Of a DNA stretch of 64,000 nucleotides, positions 11,996-64,000 are shown piece by piece. A program made the translations under genes and the position numbers. This DNA is from Macrostomum hystrix (lineage: Eukaryota > Animalia > Platyhelminthes). Under the pieces are notes generated by a model that saw nothing but the letters and a program-made list of their open reading frames with translations, had not been told where the DNA came from and did no database searches. The stretch lies in NCBI GenBank assembly GCA_950097015.1, contig CATNEN010000034.1, positions 4,464,001 through 4,528,000 of the forward strand, in the 5' to 3' direction. The first letter of the stretch is position 1, and every line of letters begins with the position of its first letter.

Positions 11996-12733
11996 TGTGC
12001 TCCGTTTGCTCTCTGGTCTGTGAGCCAATTGTAATTAAAGCTTAGATGAGTTTCCCTGTTAGTTTTAGAGCAGCTTTTCATGGGATTGCACTAGTCAAAG
12101 ACGATTTTGCAATGTTGTAAACTTCTTGCAACATCTTGTGCAATAACTGAAATTGTACTCACAAGTGCACAATAGATTTTTCACTTCATTCCATGTTCTA
12201 CTCCTGCTTTCTCACCCTTTCTTGCCCTGTACATATAGATGGAAACAAGAGAAGACGCGCTGTTCACAAATATATTCGTCCCTCAATGCAGTATTTTTTG
12301 GTTGCCATGCAGCGAGCGCACACGTAACTGTACTGCTAAGTTGTGGCCCACTTTCTGTCCCTGTTTCATTGATCGGCCCTTTTGTCCGAGGAAAACCTGA
12401 GCTGTCGCTGGCGATAGAATTGCTTAAAAAGTTTCGCTTAAAAGTTCGTTAATTAGGTTGACAGTATAGAAAGACGTCTTTTAAAGTTAGTTCAAGGCAA
12501 AAAGTTTTGCGAAAAGTTATGATGGACCTCCGTGGTCTCTCCCCAGGGGGGAATAGTGTGGTCTTTCTACCGTTAAAACAGAAGTGACTGACAACGTTCT
12601 CGGCATCTACTGTTAATGTCCTCTTTAATGTCGGTACTGTAATGTAATGTAATGTAATGTAAGTACTTGTAATATAGGTAAAATATGAAAAACGGTCGAG
12701 AAAATGTTCTTTTGGTATTTATCGTGCTTAATT

Positions 12734-13192
12734 TCATTTACAACTCAGAGTAGCATCGCCTGAAGAGGCGACTGAGCCGTGGTCGCTGACAGCTTGTGGG
12801 GCGGTGTCATCCTCATCAGCGCTGGCTTCAGCGGCCTCAAATGCCGCAATTATTCGCCTGGCCCTGGCCACATCTTGTCTCTTGGTAGCCAGAACCCTGG
12901 CCTCTCTGCCGCTCACGAGCAGCTGCACCTGTTTCGCCGCCTCAGCTGATTCGCTTTTTCGCACAATGGACGCTCCCACTAGAAATATGAGCGTCAGAGC
13001 GTACAGCAGCATCATGGCCATTACGTAACCACTGGCGCCAAGGGATTGCTCCGGAGATGACGGCGGGGTCGACGTCGTGTCCAACTGAGCGACCAGAAAA
13101 CGCAGCGCCTGTTGGACGAGCTTCCGTTCTCGGTCCAACTGCCGGATCTGATAGCCCTCCAGGAGGCTGGTGACGTTTCTAACCGGAGGCAT
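12734..13192 (-). CDS. Small single-pass membrane protein (152 aa), KCNE/MiRP-like topology
   Basis: AAAAATG start context and an upstream acceptor-like TTCAG. N-terminal sequon N-V-T, no signal peptide, one TM (YVMAMMLLYALTLIFLVGASIV) followed by RK. Family assignment is weak and by eye. Confidence 0.55.
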   Translation of the reverse strand: MPPVRNVTSLLEGYQIRQLDRERKLVQQALRFLVAQLDTTSTPPSSPEQSLGASGYVMAMMLLYALTLIFLVGASIVRKSESAEAAKQVQLLVSGREARVLATKRQDVARARRIIAAFEAAEASADEDDTAPQAVSDHGSVASSGDATLSCK

Positions 13193-14878
13193 TTTTTGGC
13201 TCCTGAAGTCGTCTGGAAAAGGAATGTGAAATTTGGAATGCTAATCATTTGGTGACACTTGAGTCGCATCCAGCGAGGAGGCAATTTTGCCCGTTCCGTT
13301 GACTGCTGCGCACTGAGTACGCATGCACAGTCACACAGATGTGTACATCTGTCGTAGCTTTCTTATCGTCACTCACTCCCCAATGGCAATGGGCCATTAA
13401 GTATTGAGTGTTTATGAAATTCGATTATGACTCTAAGACAAAAGACTTTGGGTGAGCCATAGAAATCTAGATTTAGGATAAACGAAGGTCAAAAATGGTC
13501 ATTTACTTTTAGTTACGGCCATAGACAATACTATCACTGCGATCGTTGTTGGGTTTTTTCCGCTGAATTCAACTTGTGTCCCGAGGCCATAGACATCTAC
13601 ACGGTCATAAATGAGCTCTGAAACGATGCTAGTTGTACATCTGTACATATGGTAGTATTCTGCTGTTCCATAGACATGGGAGCTAAAAAAGAGAACTTTT
13701 TTCGAGCAGTTTTAAATACCATGGTGTCCTTGCCTCTTGTAGTTGATCTTCAACATAGAATAGACCATCTGTTTATCCAAAGCGAGCGTTTAACAATTAG
13801 CGGTAACTAATTGGCCAAACGTTAATTAAACTCGTTATTCGCTACTTACCAAACAAGCTTGTTAGTCGATTTGCTAGTTTGGAAGAAGCCAAAATTGTCT
13901 TGTTAAAAAACTACCAGATACCTTGAATGCCTATAGTTTATAAATTCAAAATTTATATTGAGATTTTGCGATACCTTATTTCATTTTTATTTTTTATTTA
14001 AACAGTCACATTTGCAGTGAATTGTTTCAATTAATTTTTTCAATTCCAGTCCGTATGCCTCTTCAAATCCTTCCAGCACTTGGCGAGAAAAAAATTAATC
14101 AACAAAGAGTGAGCAAGAATGATTTTTTTTACCGAAACAGCAAATGAAATATGCCGGCCTGAAGGTTTTGAAAATTGTTTCTTGTATGCATGGAAATTTT
14201 CTCGTTTTTTGGCGTGCTACATACAGAAAATTAGTAAAAATTACTTTAATCAACATACGTACGGAATGATGCAAGGTGTAAGGAGATATTTAAAAAAGAC
14301 AAGCAAGATGCTTAACACACTACTGCGGGTAAGAATGTGAGTAGAGTTGTACGAGTCATTATATATACAAGTAAAATAATAAATATGTTTGACAATTAAA
14401 AAGCACTTTGGGGAATACACCCCAAAAACACGTTGCTTAGCTTAGCAACCAGTAAAATATTTCCAACATAGAATATTGGACACAAATTATAAAAAATTAC
14501 AATTTATATAGGATTTATTCATACGAACAGAGGAATGTATGAAAAAATCACAAAGCTATAAATTGTTAACTCAGACAACGCAAAACGATAGCTTCGCAAT
14601 TTGGAATTAGAGAAGAGTAAAAATAAACACACTAAGGATTAAATGTACATTCATAAGTGTACATCGCTTCTATTTTTAGATAGCAAAGGCGGGTGATTCA
14701 TCCTATGGTTTTCTACCCCAACTAGACAGCCACCCCAATTTATAGCCAGTCTATTTTTAGACATTCGATTTTACGAAACCAATATAGATCAAGTTAGAGC
14801 AAATTTTCGACCATAAGCTCTTCTGAAAATGTATAAACTATTATAGATGCTAATTTAATTATGTTTAATTTCGAAAGC

Positions 14879-17800
14879 CTAAATCCAGCGCAGAAGAGCG
14901 GCAGCCAGGCAGACAGACAGCAGGCTAATCAGGGCACTAGGCCTGCTAACGATGGCAGACAAAGTCTCGAGGCTATTACCGAAGCACAGCGGACCCTGGC
15001 ACACCTCCTCATTAGCCAGTGTTAGAACAGCGGCATCTACGCCATATTTGTTCTTAGCCACGCAGGTGTAATTGCCCAGATGAATAGATCGCAGCGGTTT
15101 AATGCGGAGCGAATAGAAGAACTCGTACACCTGCGTGCCGGCCGCGCCCTGGCTGCGAAGGCGCTCAACAGTGTACGGGAATTCGTTCTTGATCACCTGA
15201 CTGTCTGGCAGCGGCTGGTCCGGCTTTGGCACCACCGTGCCTTTGTAGAAGGTCACTTCCGGATCCGGGAAGCCGGTTGAGATGCACTCGAGAGTCATTT
15301 CAAAATTTCTGTCGGGGGCCTAAAATGGGCGGATGTGATTTTTTAATCGAAAAGATACAATGTAATTTTCTTGATTTTATTAAATCAATTTGTTTTAAAA
15401 TGGACCAGACCCTTGTAATAAAATCAAATAATTAAGGATTAGGGTTGTGTAGTCTCCGTCATAGCCCAATGATCCTGAGACACTGAGGGAGTTGGTCATA
15501 GCCCAATGACACTGAGGGAGTTGGTCATAGCCCAATGACACTGAGGAGTTGGTCATAGCCCAATGACACTGAGGGAGTTGGTCATAGCCCAATGACACTG
15601 AGGAGTTGGTCATAGCCCAATGACACTGAGGGAGTTGGTCATAGCCCAATGACACTGGGGGAGTTGGTCAAAGCCCAATGACACTGAGGAGTTGGTCATA
15701 GCCCAATGACACTGAGGGAGTTGGTCATAGCCCAATGACAATGAGGGAGTTGGTCAAAGCCCAATGACACTGAGGGAGTTGGTCAAAGCCCAATGACACT
15801 GAGGGAGTTGGTCATAGCCCAATGACACTGAGGGAGTTGGTCATAGCCCAATGACACTGAGGGAGTTGGTCATAGCCCAATGACAATGAGGGAGTTGGTC
15901 AAAGCCCAATGACACTGAGGGAGTTGGTCATAGCCCAATGACACTGAGGGAGTTGGTCATAGCCCAATGACACTGAGGGAGTTGGTCAAAGCCCAATGAC
16001 ACTGAGGAGTTGGTCATAGCCCAATGACACTGAGGGAGTTGGTCATAGCCCAATGACACTGAGGGAGTTGGTCATAGCCTAATGACACTGAGGGAGTTGG
16101 TCATAGCCCAATGACACTGAGGGAGGTGGTCATAGCCCAATGACACTGAGGGAGTTGGTCATAGCCCAATGACACTGAGGGAGTTGGTCAAAGCCCAATG
16201 ACAATGAGGGAGTTGGTCATAGCCCAATGACAATGAGGGAGTTGGTCAAAGCCCAATGACACTGAGGGAGTTGGTCATAGCCCAATGACACTGAGGGAGT
16301 TGGTCATAGCCCAATGACACTGAGGGAGGTGGTCATAGCCCAATGACACTGAGGGAGTTGGTCATAGCCCAATGACAATGAGGGAGTTGGTCATAGCCCA
16401 ATGACACTGAGGGAGTTGGTCATAGCCCAATGACACTGAGGGAGTTGGTCATAGCCCAAAGACACTGAGGGAGTTGGTCATAGCCCAATGACACTGAGGG
16501 AGTTGGTCATAGCCCAATGACACTGAGGGAGTTGGTCATAGCCCAATGACACTGAGGGAGTTGGTCATAGCCCAAAGACACTGAGGGAGTTGGTCATAGC
16601 CCAATGACACTGAGGGAGTTGGTCAAAGCCCAATGACACTGAGGGAGTTGGTCATAGCCCAAAGACACTGAGGGAGTTGGTCATATAGCCCAATGACACT
16701 GAGGGAGGTGGTCATAGCCCAATGACAGTGAGGGAGTTGGTCATATAGCCCAATGACACTGAGGGAGTTGGTCATAGCCCAATGACACTGAGGAGTTGGT
16801 CATATAGCCCAATGACACTGAGGGAGGTGGTCATAGCCCAATGACACTGAGGGAGTTGGTCATAGCCCAATGACACTGAGGGAGTTGGTCATAGCCCAAT
16901 GACACTGAGGGAGGTGGTCATAGCCCAATGACACTGAGGGAGTTGGTCATAGCCCAATGACACTGAGGGAGTTGGTCATAGCCCAATGACACTGAGGGAG
17001 TTGGTCATAGCCCAATGACCAAGATCATTGATATAAAAGATTCTTTGCTACTTTAGTATAGCTACCTGAATGATACTAAAGAGCTTTAGTAGAGCTTAAA
17101 CAGCCGGCAATGGCCCAAATATCCGCTCACCTGCAAGTACAGGTTGTGCAACCGGGCACCGCGAATGCTAGGCGCATAGTTGACATCGATGCGAACATCA
17201 TGCTTAGCACCGTATCCAACATTATTATTGGCAAAGCAGCGGTAAACTCCACGATCGTATCTAGTGACATTCACGAGCGTCACTTCGCTCTGGTAAACGC
17301 GCTGCGGCCGACCCGGAATATTCAAAGGCTGGCCGTTGGCTCGAATCCAGCTGATGTGGGCTGGCGGCTCCGAGGTGGCACTGCATCTCAAGGTGACGTT
17401 GGAACCCTCCTCCACAACCTTGGATGAAGTTGGCCAAATATATTTTAGATTAATAGAAAATGAATGAATGGCGAATCCAAATTGGTTCATCATGAAATAG
17501 TCAAAAATGAAAGCCTGGTTAGATGATGAAGTTTTGTGAGCAGAAAAAATATGCCTATATTGGTGGTTTTTGCCACCAAGACACACTGGCTAGAATCGTT
17601 GAATATCTCGACTTTTCCAAGGAGATTGAGAATCGAACCCTTGACCTTTCTGTATTCCTGTAGCCTAGCCTAGCTTAGCAATGAAACATACAATATAAAA
17701 ACTAAAAAAATGAATAACCTGATTGTTGGTGACCTCAGCCGGGTTAATAAATGGCTCTCTGGGCACAATGAGAATAGCTACAACCTCTGGCGAGTCAGCT

Positions 17801-19616
17801 GGCGAACCGGGCACATTGATGCGGCATTTATAGTTGGCTGCGTCCAGATTGGTCAGGCGGCGAATGATGAGGGTGAATGTGAGCAAATCCGTGTAGCCCA
17901 TGTCAGGAATGAACACTGTGCGGCCTGGCCTGCTGCGCACCTCATACTTGACCATGTCACCCTGCAGTATGGGATTCTGTTCCGTGATCTTTGTGCCAGC
18001 GCTGATGGCCTTGTCACTCTGTCCCGGAATCAGCCTGTACCATTGCACACGCTCGGGCGGATTGTCAAACAAAGCCACAGTGCAGTTTAGTGTGGCCGTA
18101 CTGTCTATGGGCCGAACCTCGGTGACAATGTTCTCAACAATGGCCGGCCTAATGCTGACAACTGTGGAATGTGTTTAAAAGGCTGGATTTTAAGTTCCTT
18201 CAACCAAAGAAGTTTTGATGGTTTCAGTATGCTCAGCACAATAAGTAGTTAATTCTATAATCTTACTGGTATACCTCAGGATTTGAGTTCATATACATAT
18301 TGTTACACACTATATTATTACAGCAAGATATACAAACTCATGGCAATTTACCTTAGCTAATTACTAAGCTAATTAACTTTCAAATAATTAAAGAACAATT
18401 GTAAGAATACATCAAATCGTTAATAATCAAGGGCTTTGATACAAAAATAAAGATATATACCTTGTATGTTAAACTTCACTTAGTTAAATAAACCATTACA
18501 AAGTGTGACTCTTGGCATATGGAACCCTTTGTAGCTTAGTGACAAAAATATACAGAATAAGTAATATTAGTAGAAATATCTAAAATGCAGAATTAGTATC
18601 ATATATATTATGTATCAAATATATTTCTTGACAAAGCAAACATGGCCTATTTAGATGCAAAATTTGTGCTTATTATTAGCTATTATTTATTATTATTATT
18701 ATTAAGCTAGAATGATGCTAATGCTGGTAGCAACCCACTTGACAGCTATGTGAACTGAAGCATAGCAGATTTAAGTGTCTTTTTAAGGAAGAAAAATCGT
18801 TCCAGTGTAGTTGGACCACCAACATTTAAATAGGGAATCTGATGCTCAAACCACTTGGCTAAAACACCCTTAATCTCAAACAGAGACATAGATGGAAACT
18901 AATGACTATATTATTGTTCTTTTTTGTTAAATATAATACTCATTTCAAAGCTAAATGACCATTTGCAAGTTTTTGTAGTTAATATACTGTTATAGCACAA
19001 TCATTCCAAAAAGCTATTAAAGAGCTTAACCATTAATAAAAGACAAATGCTTTTAGGAAACAAATGTATTGCTATATAATGCTACAGTTTTTCAGATCCC
19101 ATATCTTTCATTATGTGGGTATTATTATTACTAATATATATCACTTTTATAATGTGACATATACTAATTCTTAAATATCTCTTCACTTTATATTATTATA
19201 ATTTGTTTATATCGATTTTAAATGGCCAAACCCCTATCCCATAGTATGTAACCCATAGCAAGTAACCCATCATAGACACAAACCCAGTAGTAGAATTTCC
19301 TGAATTTACATACTTGTTTTATGAAAAGGCTGGATATTTAGAAAATGTGCAACATGGTAAAGCCTTGATGAAAAAAACAAAAAACAAAAAAAATTAAACA
19401 TACAAAATTTATTTTATACAATATCAATAACCTAAAACTAGATTAGCATGTCGACATGTTTTAAGTATTAGAGCACCAACAGTAGCTAAACTAAAAGCCA
19501 AGCTTAGGACAAAATATAAATGTTTCATGCAACTAAGAAATATAAAACTGCTTACCTTGTGGGAAAAAATATATTAAGGAAATTAGGGCCAGAAAAAATA
19601 TCGCTTTGACTGCCAT
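14879..19616 (-). CDS. GPI-anchored three-Ig-domain cell adhesion protein (lachesin/IgLON/DIP-like), 4 exons, 410 aa
   Basis: Exons 19616-19556 (signal peptide MAVKAIFFLALISLIYFFPQ, donor GTAAGC), 18161-17719 (Ig1), 17418-17131 (Ig2, ...DRGVYRCFANNNVG) and 15319-14879 (Ig3, ...HLGNYTCVAKNKYG, then a hydrophobic GPI-type tail). All junctions are GT-AG with matching phases; total 1233 nt. Confidence 0.88.
15470..17018. repeat. 29-bp minisatellite (GGTCATAGCCCAATGACACTGAGGGAGTT)n filling the last intron of the Ig gene
   Basis: Directly visible tandem array, roughly 50 copies. Confidence 0.96.
17520..17660 (-). mobile_element. tRNA-derived SINE-like repeat (family with a GTCGAGATATTCAACGATTCT...TGGTGGCAAAAACCACCA body)
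   Basis: B-box-like GGGTTCGATTC precedes a body that is also present at ~7272-7360 (+) and ~62197-62262 (+). Confidence 0.6.
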
Positions 19617-20965
19617 TTTAATTTTGAATACAAGTATTATTTGTGATGGTTACAAAACGCCGAAGTTACAGCCTACTTCCTTAAAACTGTTCGTGGAAAA
19701 ATATATATTTAAGTCTGAATAGGAAGTAGGCTAAAGGACTACAGAAAGCACATAGTATTGAAAGAAAACTGTTAAAAATACAAAGGGCATACAATATTTA
19801 GTGCTCGAATAAAAAACAAATTTATATAGTATTTTGAAGGCTTGATAAATTTGTTAAAAACATGTGCTTTCTAGAAAAGCATTTTTGATTGTCGAGAAAT
19901 ATCGTGTCCACGTCCCGGCAACACAGTCTCAACAACTGCCTGAAACAAGTGAGCCTGAGTTCATTGTCCAGGGGCTCAGATAGGAGCATGGAGCGCACAG
20001 AGCAAAATATGGCCTAGGCCAGTCTTGTCACCTCACGATAATTTTTAACGATGAAAAAAACTCATAATTTTTTTTTCAGTTTAAACAGGCTTGGATTATT
20101 TTCATAATTACTTAAGTAAAGTTTTTGGGCAACGGTGGCACATCTAGAGAGGGGATAGCTGCCCTATGCCACTGTTGTTATAATTTTTAGGGCCTACTGT
20201 AGCAGCTACAAATTTGCCTGATTTACCTTAAGTTGTTAGCTGTAGGATAGTCAACAATCTAATCTGTTTCAATTTCAAGTACAAATAGGAAGATAGAGTT
20301 CTACATGATTTCAAATTTGCAATTTATCTTTGGTCACTATTTGCCTAGCCTTAAACACTGTACTCATTCCTATAGATGCCTATAGCCTTTGGGAACAACT
20401 GCCCTGTGGCTCTACCTTAATGTGTTGATTTGCTTGCTGCTTTGTATGTTGAGCATATGCCTTAAGCATATACGGTATCTATATGCATGTGTGCTCAGGA
20501 GTCAGCAAAATGGGCAGAATTGCCTCCTTGCTGGCTGCGGGTCTAGTGTCACTTAATGTTGTGTCATTGCCTGCAGCCCTCCTGCAATTATTATTATTAT
20601 TATTGTTATTATTGCTGCTATGTATAAAAATGTATGTATAAAAAAATATATAGTCTATATGGCTATTTTTATCAGATTTATCAGTCATCAATGTATCTTG
20701 AAGGTAGATTATTGCAGATTAAAGGTGGGTCTTATGTCTTAAGTGGAATATTGTTTAATACAGATTAACAATTTATCTATTTTTTCATTTAATTATTAAA
20801 TGCATAAACAAAAAAATATAACTGTATCAATTACAATAGATTATGATAGAGTTAGTCAGCATGATTTTTTGGTTCCATGATTTTTTGATGCTATGCTATA
20901 GCTAGAATCTACAAAAGCATTAAATTTGCTTATCTAAACTTCAGTTGGCAAACATACCTTAGTAA

Positions 20966-21481
20966 ATGGCCAGCACAGCACAACAGCAACCAGCCCTAGT
21001 GCAATTAACTGAACCAGATACAGAAGCCTGGGTAGGATCAGAATGCCTTGGCACTGGCCTTCTAAACATTAACGAAACCTGCTTAACCTGGTCTGGCCCC
21101 GAGCGCCAGTTTGCACTGCCCTACTCAACCATCTATGCTCACGCCCTGGCTAAAACTGGCTCTGGCTGCGCTTCCGGCCGGCCGCATCTGCTTCTAATGG
21201 CTCTGGTTGACGGCTCGGACAGTCCAGAAGAGGTTCGATTGTGTCCGCAGTCAGCAGACAGACTTCAGGCAATGTTCGATGCTGTGTCTCATTGTCAGAC
21301 TATGTTAGCCTCTAGCGATAATGGCGACGATTTCTATGGCGAGGATTTGAATGGCGAAGAGGATAACGAAGACGAAGAAGAGGGCCCAGATTTCGATCAC
21401 CTGCTAGTTGGAGGCGGTGGCGGCAATGGCGATTCCGCAGATCAGCCAATGGACACTGATCAGTTCGAAGATGCGCAGTGA
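20966..21481 (+). CDS. CLNS1A: Methylosome subunit pICln (chloride conductance regulatory protein ICln), intronless, 171 aa
   Basis: Motifs GTGLLNINETCLTW, LPYSTIYAHAL, EVRLCP..LQAMFDAVSHCQ, an acidic tract and a terminal DQFEDA match the ICln family layout. Confidence 0.85.
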   Translation: MASTAQQQPALVQLTEPDTEAWVGSECLGTGLLNINETCLTWSGPERQFALPYSTIYAHALAKTGSGCASGRPHLLLMALVDGSDSPEEVRLCPQSADRLQAMFDAVSHCQTMLASSDNGDDFYGEDLNGEEDNEDEEEGPDFDHLLVGGGGGNGDSADQPMDTDQFEDAQ

Positions 21482-21629
21482 TCAATACTATATACTTCTC
21501 ATAGTAGGCATTTCTGAGTGTTTGAGTCCAACTCTCCGGTGTCCAAATTTATTTTTTGCATCTAACTTAACTCATCTCGGTAATCTCTACTGCTTTTTGG
21601 TCGACCTCGCCCTGTTGGGATTCTAATGG

Positions 21630-22225
21630 TCATTAGAATCCTTGGTCATTACCCTTATCCCCATACGATTCGGGTTGGTCATTACCCTATCCTCTTAGGA
21701 TTCTGGTTGGTCATTACCCCTATCCTCCTAGGATTCTGGTTGGTCATTACCTCTATCCCAATACGATTCTGGTTGGTCATTACCCCAATCCCCTTAGGAT
21801 TCTGGTTGGTCATCACCCCTATCCCCATACGATTCTAGTTGGTCATTACCCCTATCCTCATACGATTCTAGTTGGTCATAACCCCTATCCCCATACGATT
21901 CTAGTTGGTCATTACCCCTATCCCCATACTATTCTAGTTGGTCATTACCCCTATCCCCATACGATTCTGGTTGGTCATTACCCCTATCCCCATAGGATTC
22001 TGGTTGGTCATTACCCCTATCCCAATACGATTCTAGTTGGTCATTACCCCTATCCCCATAGGATTCTGGTTGGTCATTACCCCTATCCCCATAGGATTCT
22101 GGTTGGTCATTACCCCTATCCCCATACGATTCTGGTTGGTCATTACCCTTATCCCCATAGGATTCTGGTTGGTCATTACCCTTATCCCCATAAGATTCTG
22201 GTTGGTCATTACCCCTATCCCCATA
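21630..22225. repeat. 33-bp minisatellite (GGTCATTACCCCTATCCCCATAGGATTCTGGTT)n
   Basis: Directly visible, about 18 copies. Confidence 0.95.
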
Positions 22226-23711
22226 GGATTCTGTTTCTCATCTCTGCGAAATACATGCTGGTTAAGTATCATCGTACAAGGTAGTAAATATATTTGAGAA
22301 TATTATGCATATTTTCCCTAAAATTAGGGTTTCAAATGAATCATTAGTACTATCCTTGCAGTGACTTAAAAAAATCTTTTCTCTAGACGATTCCTTAATT
22401 TAAAAAAAGAAGTAATAAGAACAAACTAAACATTAAGTTCAATCGTCAATGAAAAACAAATATTATGTACTGAGAGGTACAGTGTATAGTATAGAAGGAA
22501 TATATTTAGTCTATTGAATCGGCTAGACACGCACAAAACTAGAAGCAAATTTTGTAGCAAATGAGAGTGACATTGATAGTGAGAGACGGCAGTGTTTCAT
22601 GGAGTCTTTCCATATTTTAATAGATTTTATAACAAAAAACTGAAGCAGCATACATTTAATATGTACTAAAAAGTAATCGCTTAATGCAGGTATACTATAT
22701 ACACGCAGACACTGACTATTTTAGGGCAGAATTCCGATTGCACTTAATTGTAATGCCTGGACAAACCCTGTTATTTGAAACAAAGAGGAAATTGTGCTTA
22801 TTTGTTTAGTCCGACAACACGAGATTCAAATGTAGCAAAATTTATGAAACTTTAATTATACGCGTAAAGCACATTAAGACTTCAATAGACCATTTGGGAT
22901 AACTTCAGAATAACAAAGCAGAAAAAGTTTGCAATTATTGCACAAACAAACAAAACAAGCTATAAAATGAAAACAATGATTAATTAATGAGATGTACTTT
23001 TATGTCGCCTATTTATTCACCCGTGCATTAATAATTAGCAATTCAATTTGTGCATTTTCTAGCTTATTATAAGCAAAGAAAAAATAGTTTTTAGATAAAT
23101 TTTAAATCGAGGCGTGCGAAATGGCATCAGATGTGAGAAATTAGTATCCGCAATGAAGATAAACCTAGTTTAGCATGTAATCATCTCCCATAGCTGATTT
23201 AGGCTCGCCCGAATCGGGGAGCGAGGAAGTAGGCGAGGCGTTTCGATTACTTGAAGTAGTATAAATATAAGCAGTTGGAGAACAATTTATGCACACAACA
23301 AGAATCATTCTTGCATTTAAATACATACGCTTCTACTGATTGCCATTGCAAATACATTGCTTTACAAAGCGTCGATTGCTTTGAAAAAGAGGGAAAACAA
23401 ATTTAAATTATTCCTAACCAACAATGTGAAAATTAATGAGTTTATCTGATTTGGCATGGTATAATGTTAAACTAATATCAGAATAATCATTTATAGAGAA
23501 GCCAGGAAATATTGTTATAAAAAACTGGGCACAGAAAAGCAAAGAACCATTTTTACTAATCGTTGAACACTTGCTTATCACGCTACTCACAAGTAGCCAG
23601 TTTGTGCATCAGAGATCAAATAGTTGCATCTGGATTTCATTAGCTCTGTTACAATGAATAGAAAATAGTATCACCAATTATTCGATGGGCAGAATTCGTA
23701 CAGTTGTTTTA

Positions 23712-63962
<40,251 letters not shown>

Positions 63963-64000
63963 CTGCAGGTGAAGGAGAGAGAGAGTGAGGTGGGTGCTGT

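Noticed and set aside
12091-12100. CTTTGACTAG (minus strand) upstream of TROVE copy B, resembling the 3' stem of Y RNA
   Set aside because: It is only a ~9-nt match with no complementary GGCTGGTCCG 5' stem or oligo-T terminator nearby, so chance is the likely explanation.
12544-12618. CAGGGGGGAAT..TTCTACCGTTAA resembling the right end of the 57530 MITE
   Set aside because: Too short and degenerate, with no matching left end found; at most a relic.
15470-17018. Regular repeat arrays as possible CRISPR loci
   Set aside because: They are head-to-tail tandem units with no unique spacers, there are no cas genes, and the context is eukaryotic.

Overview
Eukaryotic (metazoan, intron-rich, minisatellite-dense) genomic DNA. 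The style resembles a free-living flatworm such as Macrostomum, which is inference only. About 40 kb (23712 to beyond the window end, minus strand) is the 3' part of a LAR-family receptor tyrosine phosphatase gene. I can trace 10 exons covering 7 FN3 domains, the TM segment and the D1/D2 phosphatase domains. Its introns hold many tandem arrays, a truncated BEL/Pao LTR retrotransposon, a TTAA-flanked foldback MITE and tRNA-derived SINE remnants. The left part holds two near-identical, convergent, intronless copies of an RGG + TROVE-like + vWA (Ro60/TEP1-like) gene, with identity confined to the ORF and a decayed Gypsy element between them. It also has a small single-TM KCNE-like ORF, a 4-exon GPI-anchored 3-Ig (lachesin/IgLON-like) gene and, head-to-head with it, an intronless pICln gene. 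Most notable: the ORF-precise inverted duplication, oppositely oriented copies of one 20-bp satellite bracketing a catalytic LAR exon, an in-frame intronic signal peptide suggesting a short LAR isoform, and a LAR D2 domain with WPD instead of the usual WPE. No CRISPR, rRNA or intact tRNA genes were seen.
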